From contig CAMRCO010000001.1 of assembly GCA_947040945.1 (NCBI GenBank), positions 1 to 62,183 on the forward strand: a DNA stretch of 62,183 nucleotides, given 5' to 3'. The stretch comes from an uncultured Spirochaetia bacterium. GTDB taxonomy: Bacteria > Spirochaetota > Brachyspiria > Brachyspirales > Brachyspiraceae. Below, in pieces: positions 36,629 to 46,775 of the stretch. Made by a program: the position numbers and the translations under genes. The stretch's first letter is position 1, and every line of letters starts with the position of its first letter. The notes beneath the pieces were generated by a model. It was not told the DNA's origin. It did no database searches and saw only the letters and a list, made by a program, of their open reading frames with translations.

Positions 36629-37743
36629 AGTCTTATATTTAAATAATCATTTGGGCTTACACTTTTACCATTTACTCTAACTTCAAAATGAGTATGAATA
36701 CCTGTAGTTTTACCAGTATTCCCCATCTTCGCTATAATTTGACCTCTACTTACTTTTTGACCCACTCTTCCCACTAATGCCGAATTATGCCCATAAAGTG
36801 TTTCGTATCCATACGGATGAGTTACTGCTATAAGCCAGCCATATCCACCACGCCAACCAGCATATGTAACAACTCCATCGGCAACAGCTAAAATAGGTGA
36901 TGCATAAGGACCTGCTATATCTATACCATAATGATATGAGACTTGCTTCCTTGTGAATGGAGAAATTCTAGGTCCATATCCACTAGTAATACGTCCACCA
37001 CCAGCCACAGGCCAGCTACCTACAGGAATTATATTTTTTATTCTATCAAACATATTTAAAAAATTCTCTACATTTTTTCTATTAGAATCAGTTTCGATTA
37101 ATAATGAATGAACATCCCCTTCATCTATATTAAAATTAAAGTCTTCACTTTTTTCATCACCATAATATGTGATACCATCAGATATATTTCTCATTTTTGC
37201 ATCATACTCAAGCAATGCTTTCTCAAAATTATTTATAGAAGTTTTATATTCTTCTGCCATCGCATATACTCTCTTATCTTCTTCAGACAAAGAATTATAA
37301 AAAGCAATTTCATACTTTTGTTTACCATAAATATCAAAACCAGTATAACCTAATAAAGCTATTGTTAATAAAAAGAGTCCAACTGTAATATTATTTATGG
37401 GATATCTTAATGCATTCTTTTCATCATTCAAAAATATTAATACACTTCTTTCATGGTATAATTTTTTAAGTACTGGGGCAAGTATAAAAAAAACTTTTTC
37501 ATGTACGAATGAATAAATAGAAAACGACATATTACGAATATTTAACAATAATTTATTTTTATGCCTTCTAGTAAGTTTAGGTAAACTTTTTGATTTAGGT
37601 AATGCTTTATTTTTTCTAGATATACTAAAAAAAGAATTATTACTTTTAATGTTATTATTAGTTTTTTTATTATTAAATTTATCAGAAATAGCATTAGCCA
37701 TTTTCTTAATATCTTTATCATCATCTAAAATATTTTTATCCAT
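36625..37743 (-). CDS. M23 family peptidoglycan metalloendopeptidase
   Basis: HYGIDIAGPYASPILAVADGVV...GNTGKTTGIHTHFEV, with an N-terminal TM and a coiled region. Confidence 0.85.
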   Translation of the reverse strand: MDKNILDDDKDIKKMANAISDKFNNKKTNNNIKSNNSFFSISRKNKALPKSKSLPKLTRRHKNKLLLNIRNMSFSIYSFVHEKVFFILAPVLKKLYHERSVLIFLNDEKNALRYPINNITVGLFLLTIALLGYTGFDIYGKQKYEIAFYNSLSEEDKRVYAMAEEYKTSINNFEKALLEYDAKMRNISDGITYYGDEKSEDFNFNIDEGDVHSLLIETDSNRKNVENFLNMFDRIKNIIPVGSWPVAGGGRITSGYGPRISPFTRKQVSYHYGIDIAGPYASPILAVADGVVTYAGWRGGYGWLIAVTHPYGYETLYGHNSALVGRVGQKVSRGQIIAKMGNTGKTTGIHTHFEVRVNGKSVSPNDYLNIRL

Positions 37744-37745
37744 TA

Positions 37746-38789
37746 TTAAAATTCCTTATCAAATAAATTAGGCTCAAAAAAGTCATCATTTTTTTTTGTA
37801 ATGTTCATATAATTATATGCCTTTCTTGTTGCAACACGCCCTTTGTTTGTTCTTTTAATAAAGCCCTTTTGAATTAAATATGGCTCTATAACATCTTCAA
37901 TTGTTTCAACCTCTTCTGAAAGAGAAACTGACAATGTATCAACACCAACAGGCCCTCCACCATAATGCTTGATAATAACTGTTAAATATTGTTTGTCAAG
38001 TGCCTCAAACCCATTCTCATCAACACCAAGCTTAGTTAAAGAAATATCTGCAAAGCTTCCATCAATTTCTGTAACATTTTCAACTGTAGCAAAATCAAAA
38101 ACACGCCTCACAAGCCTATTGACAATTCGAGGTGTTCCTCTAGACCTTTTTGCTATCGAACTTGCTGCATCATTAAATATTTCAATATTTAATATTTCAC
38201 CTGTTCTTTTAGCAATATAGGCAAGATCATTTTCATTATAAAACTCGAGCCTTTCAACTATTCCAAATCTTTCATAAAGTGGAGTGCTTAAAAGACCGCT
38301 TCTAGTTGTTGCCCCTATTAATGTAAACTTAGGTAAAGGTACTCTAAAACTTTTAGCACTAACTCCTTCACCTACTTTAACATCAACAAAAAAATCCTCC
38401 ATAGCAGAATAAAGAATCTCTTCAACTACAGTACGGAGTCTATGTATTTCATCAATAAATAAAACATCTTTTTCATTAAGCGTTGTAAGAAGTGAAGCTA
38501 AGTCTCCGGGTCTCTCAATAATTGGAGCGCTTGTTGCTTTAATATTGCTTCCAAGTTCATTTGCTATAATTTGTGCTAGTGTGGTTTTACCAAGACCTGG
38601 GGGACCTGAAAATAATATATGATCTAGGGCATCACTTCTTTTTATGGCACTTTCTACAAAAATAGAAAGTTTATCTTTTATATGACTTTGCCCTATAAAC
38701 TCATTAAGCCTTAATGGTCTTAAACTAAATTCTCCATTACCGTCATCATATTGGCTATGTTCAGGTGTAATAATACTATCTTTATCCAT
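37746..38789 (-). CDS. ruvB: Holliday junction branch migration helicase RuvB
   Basis: [27 protein letters not shown], and a C-terminal winged helix. Confidence 0.95.
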   Translation of the reverse strand: MDKDSIITPEHSQYDDGNGEFSLRPLRLNEFIGQSHIKDKLSIFVESAIKRSDALDHILFSGPPGLGKTTLAQIIANELGSNIKATSAPIIERPGDLASLLTTLNEKDVLFIDEIHRLRTVVEEILYSAMEDFFVDVKVGEGVSAKSFRVPLPKFTLIGATTRSGLLSTPLYERFGIVERLEFYNENDLAYIAKRTGEILNIEIFNDAASSIAKRSRGTPRIVNRLVRRVFDFATVENVTEIDGSFADISLTKLGVDENGFEALDKQYLTVIIKHYGGGPVGVDTLSVSLSEEVETIEDVIEPYLIQKGFIKRTNKGRVATRKAYNYMNITKKNDDFFEPNLFDKEF

Positions 38790-38803
38790 ATATTAAATTA
38801 TAT

Positions 38804-39679
38804 CTATTTTTTATTTAACAATCGTTCTTTTATTTCTAATCCTGTTGGTGTAGTTGCAAGTCCTCCAAGAGAAGTCTCTTTAAAATTTTCATGCATCTTA
38901 CTACCAACATCTTTCATTGCTAAAACAACCTCATCAGATGGGATAATACTTTTAACTCCAGCCAAACTTAGTTCAGCAAAAGTAGCAGCATGCACAGCAC
39001 CTAAAATGTTTTTATTCATACATGGTACTTCAACATAACCTGCAATAGGATCACATATTAAACCTAAAATTGTAGAAAGTGTTAAAGCAAAAGCATGTGC
39101 ACACTCATCTGGTGTACCTCCAAGAATTTCAGCCATAGATGCAGAAGCCATAGCACTTGCAGAGCCACATTCAGCTTGACAGCCTCCCTCAGAACCAGCA
39201 AATGTAGCAAGCTCTGCTATTATGTCAGCAAACCCAGCAGCCGTAAACATTGAAAGAACTATATCACTTCTTTTCGCACCATTGTCTTCACAGAATGTAA
39301 GGACTGCTGGCATGATACCACAGCTTCCTGCAGTAGGAGCAGCCATTATGCGTCCCATAGAAGCATTGTACCCACTTACAGCCATAGCACTTGTAATAAG
39401 TTTACCTAAATTTGCACCAAGTATAGTTTTTTTAGAATTAAAATATTTATCTGAAACAGAAACTATATCATTTTGTAAACCTGTTTGAAAATCAAAGTCC
39501 GCCTTTATTCCATTTTCTACAGATTCTTTCATAACCTGATAATAGCTATCCATTCTATCTAAAACTACGTCTATGCTAACGCCTTCCTTCTCTGCCTGCA
39601 TTTCTGACACAATATTTCCGACTTTAGTTTTTTTAGCATTAGCCATCTCTACTAAAGATTTAATTGATTCTATTCGCAT
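38804..39679 (-). CDS. sdaAA: L-serine dehydratase, iron-sulfur-dependent, alpha subunit
   Basis: 291 aa. AAPTAGSCGIMPAV, GGCQAECGSA. Confidence 0.9.
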   Translation of the reverse strand: MRIESIKSLVEMANAKKTKVGNIVSEMQAEKEGVSIDVVLDRMDSYYQVMKESVENGIKADFDFQTGLQNDIVSVSDKYFNSKKTILGANLGKLITSAMAVSGYNASMGRIMAAPTAGSCGIMPAVLTFCEDNGAKRSDIVLSMFTAAGFADIIAELATFAGSEGGCQAECGSASAMASASMAEILGGTPDECAHAFALTLSTILGLICDPIAGYVEVPCMNKNILGAVHAATFAELSLAGVKSIIPSDEVVLAMKDVGSKMHENFKETSLGGLATTPTGLEIKERLLNKK

Positions 39680-39704
39680 AAGTGTAATCCTTATAATATT
39701 ATTT

Positions 39705-40394
39705 TTAATATAGCTTATCTAGTAAAATTGTTTCTTTTATATTTTCAAGAGCTCTTATAGTATCAACCACATCAAGTGGGATAACCTCATCAGATCCTAT
39801 TACAGTTACAGCATACCCTTTATTTGGAGAATTATCCTCATAAGGAGTTATGTTCATAGTTTCTATATTTATATTTTTTTCAGATATAATATTTGTAATT
39901 TTAGATGCCATTCCCGGAGTGTCTTTATTTACTATAACGAGAGTAGGGTATTTTCCTTTATAGCTAACCTCAATACCATTAACTTTATCTAATATTATAA
40001 CACCTCCACCTATAGATGAACACAATATATTAATAGTTCTAGTCCCCCCCCAAACCTCTATGTGTATAGAATTTGGATGAAAAGCATCTTCTAATTCTGT
40101 TTCTATAAATGTATAGTCTAATTTGGCTTCCTCTATAAACTTATACGCATCTCTAATTCTTGCATCATCAGTAGGAAAACCTAGAAGCCCTGCCAAAATT
40201 GCTTTATCAGTACCGTGACCTTTCCAAGTTAAAGCAAAAGACCCATGCAATTTTATGACAGCCTTTTTAACATCTTCTCTAAGTATATTCTTAGCTAAAT
40301 TACCCATTCTAACAGCCCCTGCAGTGTGAGAGCTTGACGGACCTATCATAATAGGGCCTATAATATCAAAAATATCAGCCATATCTAAAACCAT
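39705..40394 (-). CDS. sdaAB: L-serine dehydratase, iron-sulfur-dependent, beta subunit (with ACT domain)
   Basis: 229 aa. GPSSSHTAGAVRMG, and a C-terminal ACT-like region PGMASKITNIISEKNINI. Confidence 0.9.
   Translation of the reverse strand: MVLDMADIFDIIGPIMIGPSSSHTAGAVRMGNLAKNILREDVKKAVIKLHGSFALTWKGHGTDKAILAGLLGFPTDDARIRDAYKFIEEAKLDYTFIETELEDAFHPNSIHIEVWGGTRTINILCSSIGGGVIILDKVNGIEVSYKGKYPTLVIVNKDTPGMASKITNIISEKNINIETMNITPYEDNSPNKGYAVTVIGSDEVIPLDVVDTIRALENIKETILLDKLY
40044..40051 (-). repeat. G8 homopolymer (C8 on the plus strand) inside sdaAB
   Basis: tgg ggg ggg encodes W-G-G in ...EVWGGTRT.... It is the longest G/C run I saw in the window. Confidence 0.95.
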
Positions 40395-40458
40395 CCTTAA
40401 AATAAATTACTAACTACTTAATTATACTAATTTCACATAAATATGTAAAATATAAAAT

Positions 40459-41829
40459 TTAAAAAATTTGATAAATATTAAAAATATTAAGCCTGTCGCC
40501 ATCTATATAAATAAGCCAGTCAGTAAGTCGATCAATACTGTGTATACCTCTATCTCCTTCATGCATGCCAATAGCATCATTGAAAGGTTCATTTAATAAT
40601 GTAGCATCAAATGTTCCTTCTTCATCATTAAAGCTATGCACATCAAACCATAAATGCTCAAAATTATCCTCTTCATCAGAGTCCTCAATTTGAACACCAT
40701 AACCAAGCTTAACCAAAAATCCTGACTCATCATCCTCATTCTTATCAGTATTAGCATCTTCTTTCTCTTGCTCAAGAAGACCTAAAAATAAATCTACTTT
40801 AAGCATTGCCGCTTGTGATATAAGAAATGTTTCGAAGCTACTTAAAAAAACAATACTAACAGCTATTAAAGCATCTTTATAAAATTCAATACTTTTTTTC
40901 TTAATAGTTTTTTTATCTATAGCAACTAAAACTCCAGAACTATAAGTATGAACATGCTCTCCTCTGTCTTTAGAACCACCAAGGTCATCATTGCCTATAT
41001 TAAATAACTCAATAGCATCATGAACATTAATCCAAGTAATGGCAATATTGTCGATAGGTTCAAAAACAAAACCCTCTTTCGGCTCACCACGTTCTATAAA
41101 CATTTTGGCAACTGTACTAAGCAAAGATGAGTAAGGAGTTTCATCTGACTTAACGCCAAGTATTTCAAGCTCAACACATCCTGCTCTGTTAAGACCATGA
41201 GTGTGAAACCAACAAGTAACATTTTCAGGATCAGTATCGTCATCATAAATAGCGTGAATAGTATATAAACTATCAAAAGAAGGTGGCAAGTCAAATGTTG
41301 CCATATACGACAAATAAGCTCCAGATTTAAACGCAAAAGCAGTTATATCGATAAAAACTGACGCATTTGGAACCAAAATGTCCAATAACTTCAAATGTCG
41401 TTGATAATCATAAATTACAAAATCGTTAAAAAATGTAGAAACATATATAGAATATTTTGAAGTCAAAGCGTCTTTACATTCCTCTTCTGATTCAAATTGC
41501 TCTTTAATAGTATCAAACAAATCGCTTGTTATTTTATTTTCTATAAAGCTACTTTCAAGTAAAGCTATATGATAAACAAGTTCAGTTTCTTTTGCTTCCT
41601 CATCATCCTCAAATATAGGCATATACTGTGCTCTTAAAATAACTTCCCAAACTGTCTCATCTGCAAAAAAGTCATCTTTAGCCACTATATCGAAACTTAG
41701 TGTTACAAAATCATTACAACCTGAAACTATAGACTTAAGTTCCTCAATTTCCATTTTCCCATCAGTAATTTTATCAAACATTGCTATCATAGCAGAAGAT
41801 GGCATTTTTTTATCAGCTTTCATAAACAT
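40459..41829 (-). CDS. DUF4026 / DUF2314 two-domain protein
   Basis: WFHTHGLNRAGCVELEILG (DUF4026-like) and C-terminal EHLWFDVHSFNDEEGTFDATLLNEP...GDRGIHSIDRLTDW (DUF2314-like). Confidence 0.55.
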   Translation of the reverse strand: MFMKADKKMPSSAMIAMFDKITDGKMEIEELKSIVSGCNDFVTLSFDIVAKDDFFADETVWEVILRAQYMPIFEDDEEAKETELVYHIALLESSFIENKITSDLFDTIKEQFESEEECKDALTSKYSIYVSTFFNDFVIYDYQRHLKLLDILVPNASVFIDITAFAFKSGAYLSYMATFDLPPSFDSLYTIHAIYDDDTDPENVTCWFHTHGLNRAGCVELEILGVKSDETPYSSLLSTVAKMFIERGEPKEGFVFEPIDNIAITWINVHDAIELFNIGNDDLGGSKDRGEHVHTYSSGVLVAIDKKTIKKKSIEFYKDALIAVSIVFLSSFETFLISQAAMLKVDLFLGLLEQEKEDANTDKNEDDESGFLVKLGYGVQIEDSDEEDNFEHLWFDVHSFNDEEGTFDATLLNEPFNDAIGMHEGDRGIHSIDRLTDWLIYIDGDRLNIFNIYQIF

Positions 41830-41939
41830 AACTCCACATAAAATAATCGTATAACTATACTATAAGATTATAAAATAGCAACTAATTTCTAATTCTTTAT
41901 AATTAAAGTTACTGAAGATACTATCCGAAATTTTATATT

Positions 41940-43190
41940 ATGTTAAAAAAATCATTTCTAATAATACTGCTGTCAAACTTCATATTAGTACAATATATTT
42001 TTGCTGATACATATAAAATATTATCACAAAATGGCACTGTAAATATTATGATGGATAAAAAAAATGTTAATACTGACATAGTAAATTCATTACCAAGTGA
42101 TTACTTTGAGATTGAAACAAAAGATTCTTCTTATATAATTTTAGAAGAAGATACAAAATCGATTATACTTATGCCTTCTTCAAAAGTTATTTTCTCTTAT
42201 AATGACATTACGCTAGAAGAAGGATTTTTATATGTTAAAAGTAAAACAACAAATAGTATAGAAATTAACATAAAACAAAATAATAATAATTATAAACTAA
42301 ATGGGCATTCATTTGCTTTAGAAACAGAAAAAAATAAAACTAGTGCTTTTTCAACTGAGAATACGCTTTCTCTAACACATGGCTCAAACTTAGGATTAAA
42401 GTACTATTTAGAACCACATAATAAAACAGATATTTTCCCAACACTTACTTACCCCAAAAGTATTACAGCAAATGAAAAAGGTAGCATGTCAGAGGCATCA
42501 AAAAAGCTTATTAGTGAACTATCTAAAAATATAAATAAAGTAATAAAAAGATACTCGTTTAAGATATTTGAAGGCACAATACATGAAACAGAAATATATA
42601 GAGTAGTGCATCCTGAAAAAGGCCCTAATGTATTTTTAATAGTTCCTCATGGTAATGAAAGAGTGGGTACTGATGTTGCCAAAGAAAGAGTTGAGCTACC
42701 CATAAATAATGGATCACTTACAATAGTCCCCATAGCTTCAGCATATTCTTATGCAAAAAATACAAGATACTTAGATGGATACGATATAAATAATTTATTT
42801 TTTGATAGAAAAAAAGATAAAAATAATGCCGAAAAATTAGCAACAACTTATATGAAAATGCTTGATAGTTATGATATAGATGTAGTTCTTACACTTCATG
42901 AAGGAAATGGGTTTAAAGAATTTTTTGGAGATGCTATTATATATGATAATAAAAATCTTGATAATACTGTAGCTCATGTTGTTAAAAATATAAATGATAG
43001 AATAAGTCCATTCAAATATAAGTTCAAACAAACATATTACCCTATGCCAACAACCATAACTTACTATGCCTACAAAAAAGGACTAGACGCTTATGGAATC
43101 GAGCTTACACGAAACTTGCCATACGAAAGTAAAAAAATAATAATGCATGCGATACTCGATGAATTTTTTAAGGTCTATAAACTTCAATAA
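41940..43190 (+). CDS. secreted protein with a C-terminal M14-clan / succinylglutamate-desuccinylase-type zinc hydrolase-like domain
   Basis: 416 aa with a signal peptide. LIVPHGNERVGTD (H-x-x-E) and VVLTLHEGNG. The N-terminal half is FecR-like by eye. Tentative. Confidence 0.4.
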   Translation: MLKKSFLIILLSNFILVQYIFADTYKILSQNGTVNIMMDKKNVNTDIVNSLPSDYFEIETKDSSYIILEEDTKSIILMPSSKVIFSYNDITLEEGFLYVKSKTTNSIEINIKQNNNNYKLNGHSFALETEKNKTSAFSTENTLSLTHGSNLGLKYYLEPHNKTDIFPTLTYPKSITANEKGSMSEASKKLISELSKNINKVIKRYSFKIFEGTIHETEIYRVVHPEKGPNVFLIVPHGNERVGTDVAKERVELPINNGSLTIVPIASAYSYAKNTRYLDGYDINNLFFDRKKDKNNAEKLATTYMKMLDSYDIDVVLTLHEGNGFKEFFGDAIIYDNKNLDNTVAHVVKNINDRISPFKYKFKQTYYPMPTTITYYAYKKGLDAYGIELTRNLPYESKKIIMHAILDEFFKVYKLQ

Positions 43191-43829
43191 TTAAAAGTCA
43201 TCCGACTCAACTTCTTCATCAGGAACATTAATAGCCTCACGTAAAACCTTCTTTATTGTAAGGTATACTTCTTTAGCTTTATTTTTATTTATTTTTCCAG
43301 TTTTAGTTTTTCCTTCCATCTCAACTCTTGAGAGAATCTCTTTAGTATATTGATCGCCTATACCTGCTATTATAGTTTGATCCTTTATAAGCTCTTCTAT
43401 AGTCATATTATATTTCTCTAAAAGCATACAAAATATATTATAATTAAATTGTTTTGTAAGAGGGTCATATCCTACTTGAGGCATTGTTGTAATATCTTTC
43501 CACACGGGTAAAATTGTTGTCGTTTTTTTAGGGTCAACTATAAAAAAATTAGTTTTATCTGTAAAAAAAGCAATTAAAGCATCAGGGTATTCTGTCTCCT
43601 CTGTGCAAACTAGCGAGGCTTCATTTCCTAAATCAACAAGCATTGTATCTATAGACATTTGAAATTGTATATAAAATCCATATCTTGGAATATCAATAAT
43701 TTTCTGCCCTTCTAAGTAGGAAAGCTCTTCATATTGTTTATCATACGCAACAACTTTTTCTATATAAGCATAACATATTTCTTCTTTAATAGCCCGAACT
43801 AATACAACCAAGTATGGTAATTCCCTCAT
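43191..43829 (-). CDS. Fpg/Nei-fold protein lacking canonical catalytic residues and the zinc finger
   Basis: 212 aa, alignable by eye to Fpg along its whole length. MRELPYLVVLVRAIKEEI vs MPELPEVE..., PRYGFYI vs RRGKYL, DLGNEASL vs HLGMSGSL, IVDPKKTT vs TDPRRFG, and IKDQTIIAGIGDQYTKEIL vs L.DQ..VAGVGNIY..E.LF (H2TH). Confidence 0.55.
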   Translation of the reverse strand: MRELPYLVVLVRAIKEEICYAYIEKVVAYDKQYEELSYLEGQKIIDIPRYGFYIQFQMSIDTMLVDLGNEASLVCTEETEYPDALIAFFTDKTNFFIVDPKKTTTILPVWKDITTMPQVGYDPLTKQFNYNIFCMLLEKYNMTIEELIKDQTIIAGIGDQYTKEILSRVEMEGKTKTGKINKNKAKEVYLTIKKVLREAINVPDEEVESDDF

Positions 43830-43968
43830 TCTTTATCCTCAAGTTTTTTTTATTTAATTATGTTAATTCTAACAACAAAGAAGTAAAAAGTCAACTAAAT
43901 TAATGATGCTTTAATAAAATCAGTTATTATGTTATTATCTAAAAATAAAAATACTTAAAGAGAGTGAA

Positions 43969-44322
43969 ATGAAATTAAATATTAAAGACGAAACATTCAC
44001 ACATGAAGTTTATTATGAAACCACAATAGACTTAGAAACAGAAATAACAAGTGTCTCAAATATTATTAAAGCACGTGTTCTAAAAGAGTTAGATAATTAT
44101 GATAATCCAAATAACTTAATGAGTGCAAATCAAATAGAGAGAGCATTAAATACTAAAATAGATAAAGACAAACAAATTGACTTAGCCCTTAAAGCATTTG
44201 AAAATAATTCATACTTCATTTTAATAGATGATATACAAGCGAAGTCTTTAGATCAAATTGTTGTTATCGATAAAAATACAAGTGTAAGTTTTATGAAATT
44301 GACTCCGCTCATTGGTGGCTAA
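43969..44322 (+). CDS. hypothetical 117-aa protein ending in Gly-Gly
   Basis: gagag SD. The C-terminus ...ILIDDIQAKSLDQIVVIDKNTSVSFMKLTPLIGG* and the N-terminus MKLNIKDETF... recall ThiS/MoaD-type beta-grasp termini. Family not established. Confidence 0.5.
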   Translation: MKLNIKDETFTHEVYYETTIDLETEITSVSNIIKARVLKELDNYDNPNNLMSANQIERALNTKIDKDKQIDLALKAFENNSYFILIDDIQAKSLDQIVVIDKNTSVSFMKLTPLIGG

Positions 44323-45495
44323 TTAATGTTCACCTAAATGCTTTTTTCGATATGAGTTAATAATTAAAACAGTGATTATAAGCATACTTGAAAACAGTGG
44401 TATTACAGATAAAGCATAAGTAAAACCAACAAGGTCAGCCAAAATACCTACAGCCATAACAGAAAAGCTAAACCCGGGAACTCCAAAACAAGACAAAAAT
44501 ACCATTATTAGTGTAGGGTCTTTTTTTATAACTTTAACCGCATAGAGTTGTAGAGATGGCCAAAAAGGTGCTATCATAGTTCCTGATAAAAACACTATTA
44601 AATATAGAAGGTAAAGTGATTTAACAAAAAATATAGATATTCCAAAAACAACCAAAATTGCTGCACTAAAAAGTATTATCTCAATTAGGCTTATAATTTT
44701 AGCAAGTCTACTAAAACCAATACGCCCTAAAGCCATACCTGACGCAAAAAAAGTAGTTCCCATAGCTCCTTCAAATTGTGAAACCGAATATATATTTTGA
44801 ATATAACTTGAAATCCAATATGTAAAAGCCCCTTCAGTTGCACCAGCAAATATTATAGCAAAAACAAAAAGCCAAAATATTCTAGAAAAAAATATTTCTT
44901 TCATGTGTAATATATCTGTGCTTGACCTTGGAAGACCCAAGTGTTTCGATGGAGGGAAAGCAAAAACTACTATTAAAATTATAATCGAAAATATTGTAAA
45001 AATAGTACGCCAAGGAACACCATTTGAAAGAGCAAATCCAACAACTGGAGAAATTGTTATAATTGCTATCGACCAAAAAGCATGTAAAAGTATTTGTCTT
45101 GAACCTTTGTCTTCAGGGTATAAATCAACAATTAAAGGTGTAAGCATAGCCTCAATAAATCCATGCCCAACACCAACTATTAAATAGAAAAAAATTGAGA
45201 TTAAAAAAAAGTTTGATTTTGAAAATAAAAAAAGACCTAATGACAAAAATAAAATTCCTATTCTTATAATTCTAATTTTTCCAAACTTAGCTGCTAAAAA
45301 ACATGTTAGAATCATTATAGCAAATTGTTCTATAGATGATATAAATGAATATATACCCCCTTGTGTATAAGTTAATGACAAGTCAGCCCTTATACTTTCA
45401 ATGGAAAGAGGTATTAAAATCGATGCCCCCGCATAAAAAAATATAGTAATAATACTTGCTACATATGTTCTTTGTACATAATCTTTGTTATTCAT
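44323..45495 (-). CDS. MFS transporter
   Basis: 390 aa, about 12 TM. 1-nt overlap with the upstream DegT gene. Confidence 0.8.
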   Translation of the reverse strand: MNNKDYVQRTYVASIITIFFYAGASILIPLSIESIRADLSLTYTQGGIYSFISSIEQFAIMILTCFLAAKFGKIRIIRIGILFLSLGLFLFSKSNFFLISIFFYLIVGVGHGFIEAMLTPLIVDLYPEDKGSRQILLHAFWSIAIITISPVVGFALSNGVPWRTIFTIFSIIILIVVFAFPPSKHLGLPRSSTDILHMKEIFFSRIFWLFVFAIIFAGATEGAFTYWISSYIQNIYSVSQFEGAMGTTFFASGMALGRIGFSRLAKIISLIEIILFSAAILVVFGISIFFVKSLYLLYLIVFLSGTMIAPFWPSLQLYAVKVIKKDPTLIMVFLSCFGVPGFSFSVMAVGILADLVGFTYALSVIPLFSSMLIITVLIINSYRKKHLGEH

Positions 45496-46610
45496 TAATT
45501 ACTTAATATTTCTTTCAATGCATTTATGACAACTAAACCCTCATCATTACTCATTTCATTATATATAGGTAAAGCTAATGAATTTTTACAAACATACTCA
45601 GCATTAGGCATGTCGCCAACTTTATAACCAAGTGGTTTAAGTATAGGTGCTAAATGAATAGGATTAGGATAATATAAAGCTGTTGGAATATCTTTTGTTT
45701 GTAAATATTCTCTAATAGCATTTCTATCTTTACTCTCTGATATAACAACATATTGCGCATAAACTGAATCATTAAAGCTTTCAATTTTTGGTGTCTTTAG
45801 AATGCCATTTAAGTTTTTGGTATAAAACTCAGCAACACTACGTCTTAAATCCATATCCTCATCAAAACCCTTAAACTTTTCAAGTAAAATTCCTGCCTGT
45901 AAATTATCAAGTCTACCAGTAGTTCCAAGCATAACATGAACCATACCACCTGAATCCCCATGATGTCTTAATTTTTTTAATCTAGCATAAAGCTCATCAT
46001 CATCAGTAAAGCACATTCCTCCATCACCAAAACATCCTAAAGGTTTAGCAGGAAAAAAAGATGTTATAGCAATGTCTCCAAATGCACATGACTTTTTATT
46101 TTTTGACGTAGCTCCAAATGATTGACAAGCATCTTCTATAACAAATACATTATGTTTTTTTGCTATAGTATCAAGGGCATCATAATCAATACATTGTCCA
46201 AATAAATTAACAGGAATAATTGCTACAGTATTTTTATTTATTAAAGACTCAAGTTTGTTTAAGTCCATATTATATGTATCAGGATCAATATCACAAACAA
46301 CAACTTTCATTCCCAAAGATGCAGGTGCTTCAGCAGTTGAGAAAAATGTTAAAGCAGGAACTATAACTTCTTTGTCGCTGTGATCAATGCCCGCCTCAAA
46401 ACCTAAAGCCATAAGAGCAAGTGAAAGCCCGTCATGCCCACTTGAAACTCCTAGTGCATATTTTCGTCCAACATATTTTGCAAGTGTCTCTTCAAGTTCT
46501 TCTAAGTCGGGACCAAATATAAATTGGCTTCTCTCTATTATGGACTCAATTCTAGATTGTATAGCAACTTTTCTTTTATCATAGCCTTTATATAAATCCA
46601 TAAATTTCAT
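45495..46610 (-). CDS. DegT/DnrJ/EryC1/StrS family PLP-dependent sugar aminotransferase
   Basis: 371 aa. FIFGPDLEELEETLAKYVGRKYALGVSSGHDGL, and SFFPAKPLGCFGDGG (PLP lysine context). Confidence 0.9.
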   Translation of the reverse strand: MKFMDLYKGYDKRKVAIQSRIESIIERSQFIFGPDLEELEETLAKYVGRKYALGVSSGHDGLSLALMALGFEAGIDHSDKEVIVPALTFFSTAEAPASLGMKVVVCDIDPDTYNMDLNKLESLINKNTVAIIPVNLFGQCIDYDALDTIAKKHNVFVIEDACQSFGATSKNKKSCAFGDIAITSFFPAKPLGCFGDGGMCFTDDDELYARLKKLRHHGDSGGMVHVMLGTTGRLDNLQAGILLEKFKGFDEDMDLRRSVAEFYTKNLNGILKTPKIESFNDSVYAQYVVISESKDRNAIREYLQTKDIPTALYYPNPIHLAPILKPLGYKVGDMPNAEYVCKNSLALPIYNEMSNDEGLVVINALKEILSN

Positions 46611-46710
46611 AAAATGCCTCCAATATATTTATTAATCACTGATTATAATAGGATTTATAGTTTTGTCAATAATAATATTATAACTATAACTAAATAACTA
46701 TTCTAAAAGG

Positions 46711-46738
46711 TTGATAATTTTTCTTTTTGAAATATAAT
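46711..46738 (+). promoter_or_regulatory. candidate promoter for the 46776-48067 gene pair
   Basis: TTGATA (46711-46716), 16-nt spacer, TATAAT (46733-46738). Confidence 0.3.
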
Positions 46739-46775
46739 AGCATACAAACAAATAGACTATGGGGTAATAACAAAT

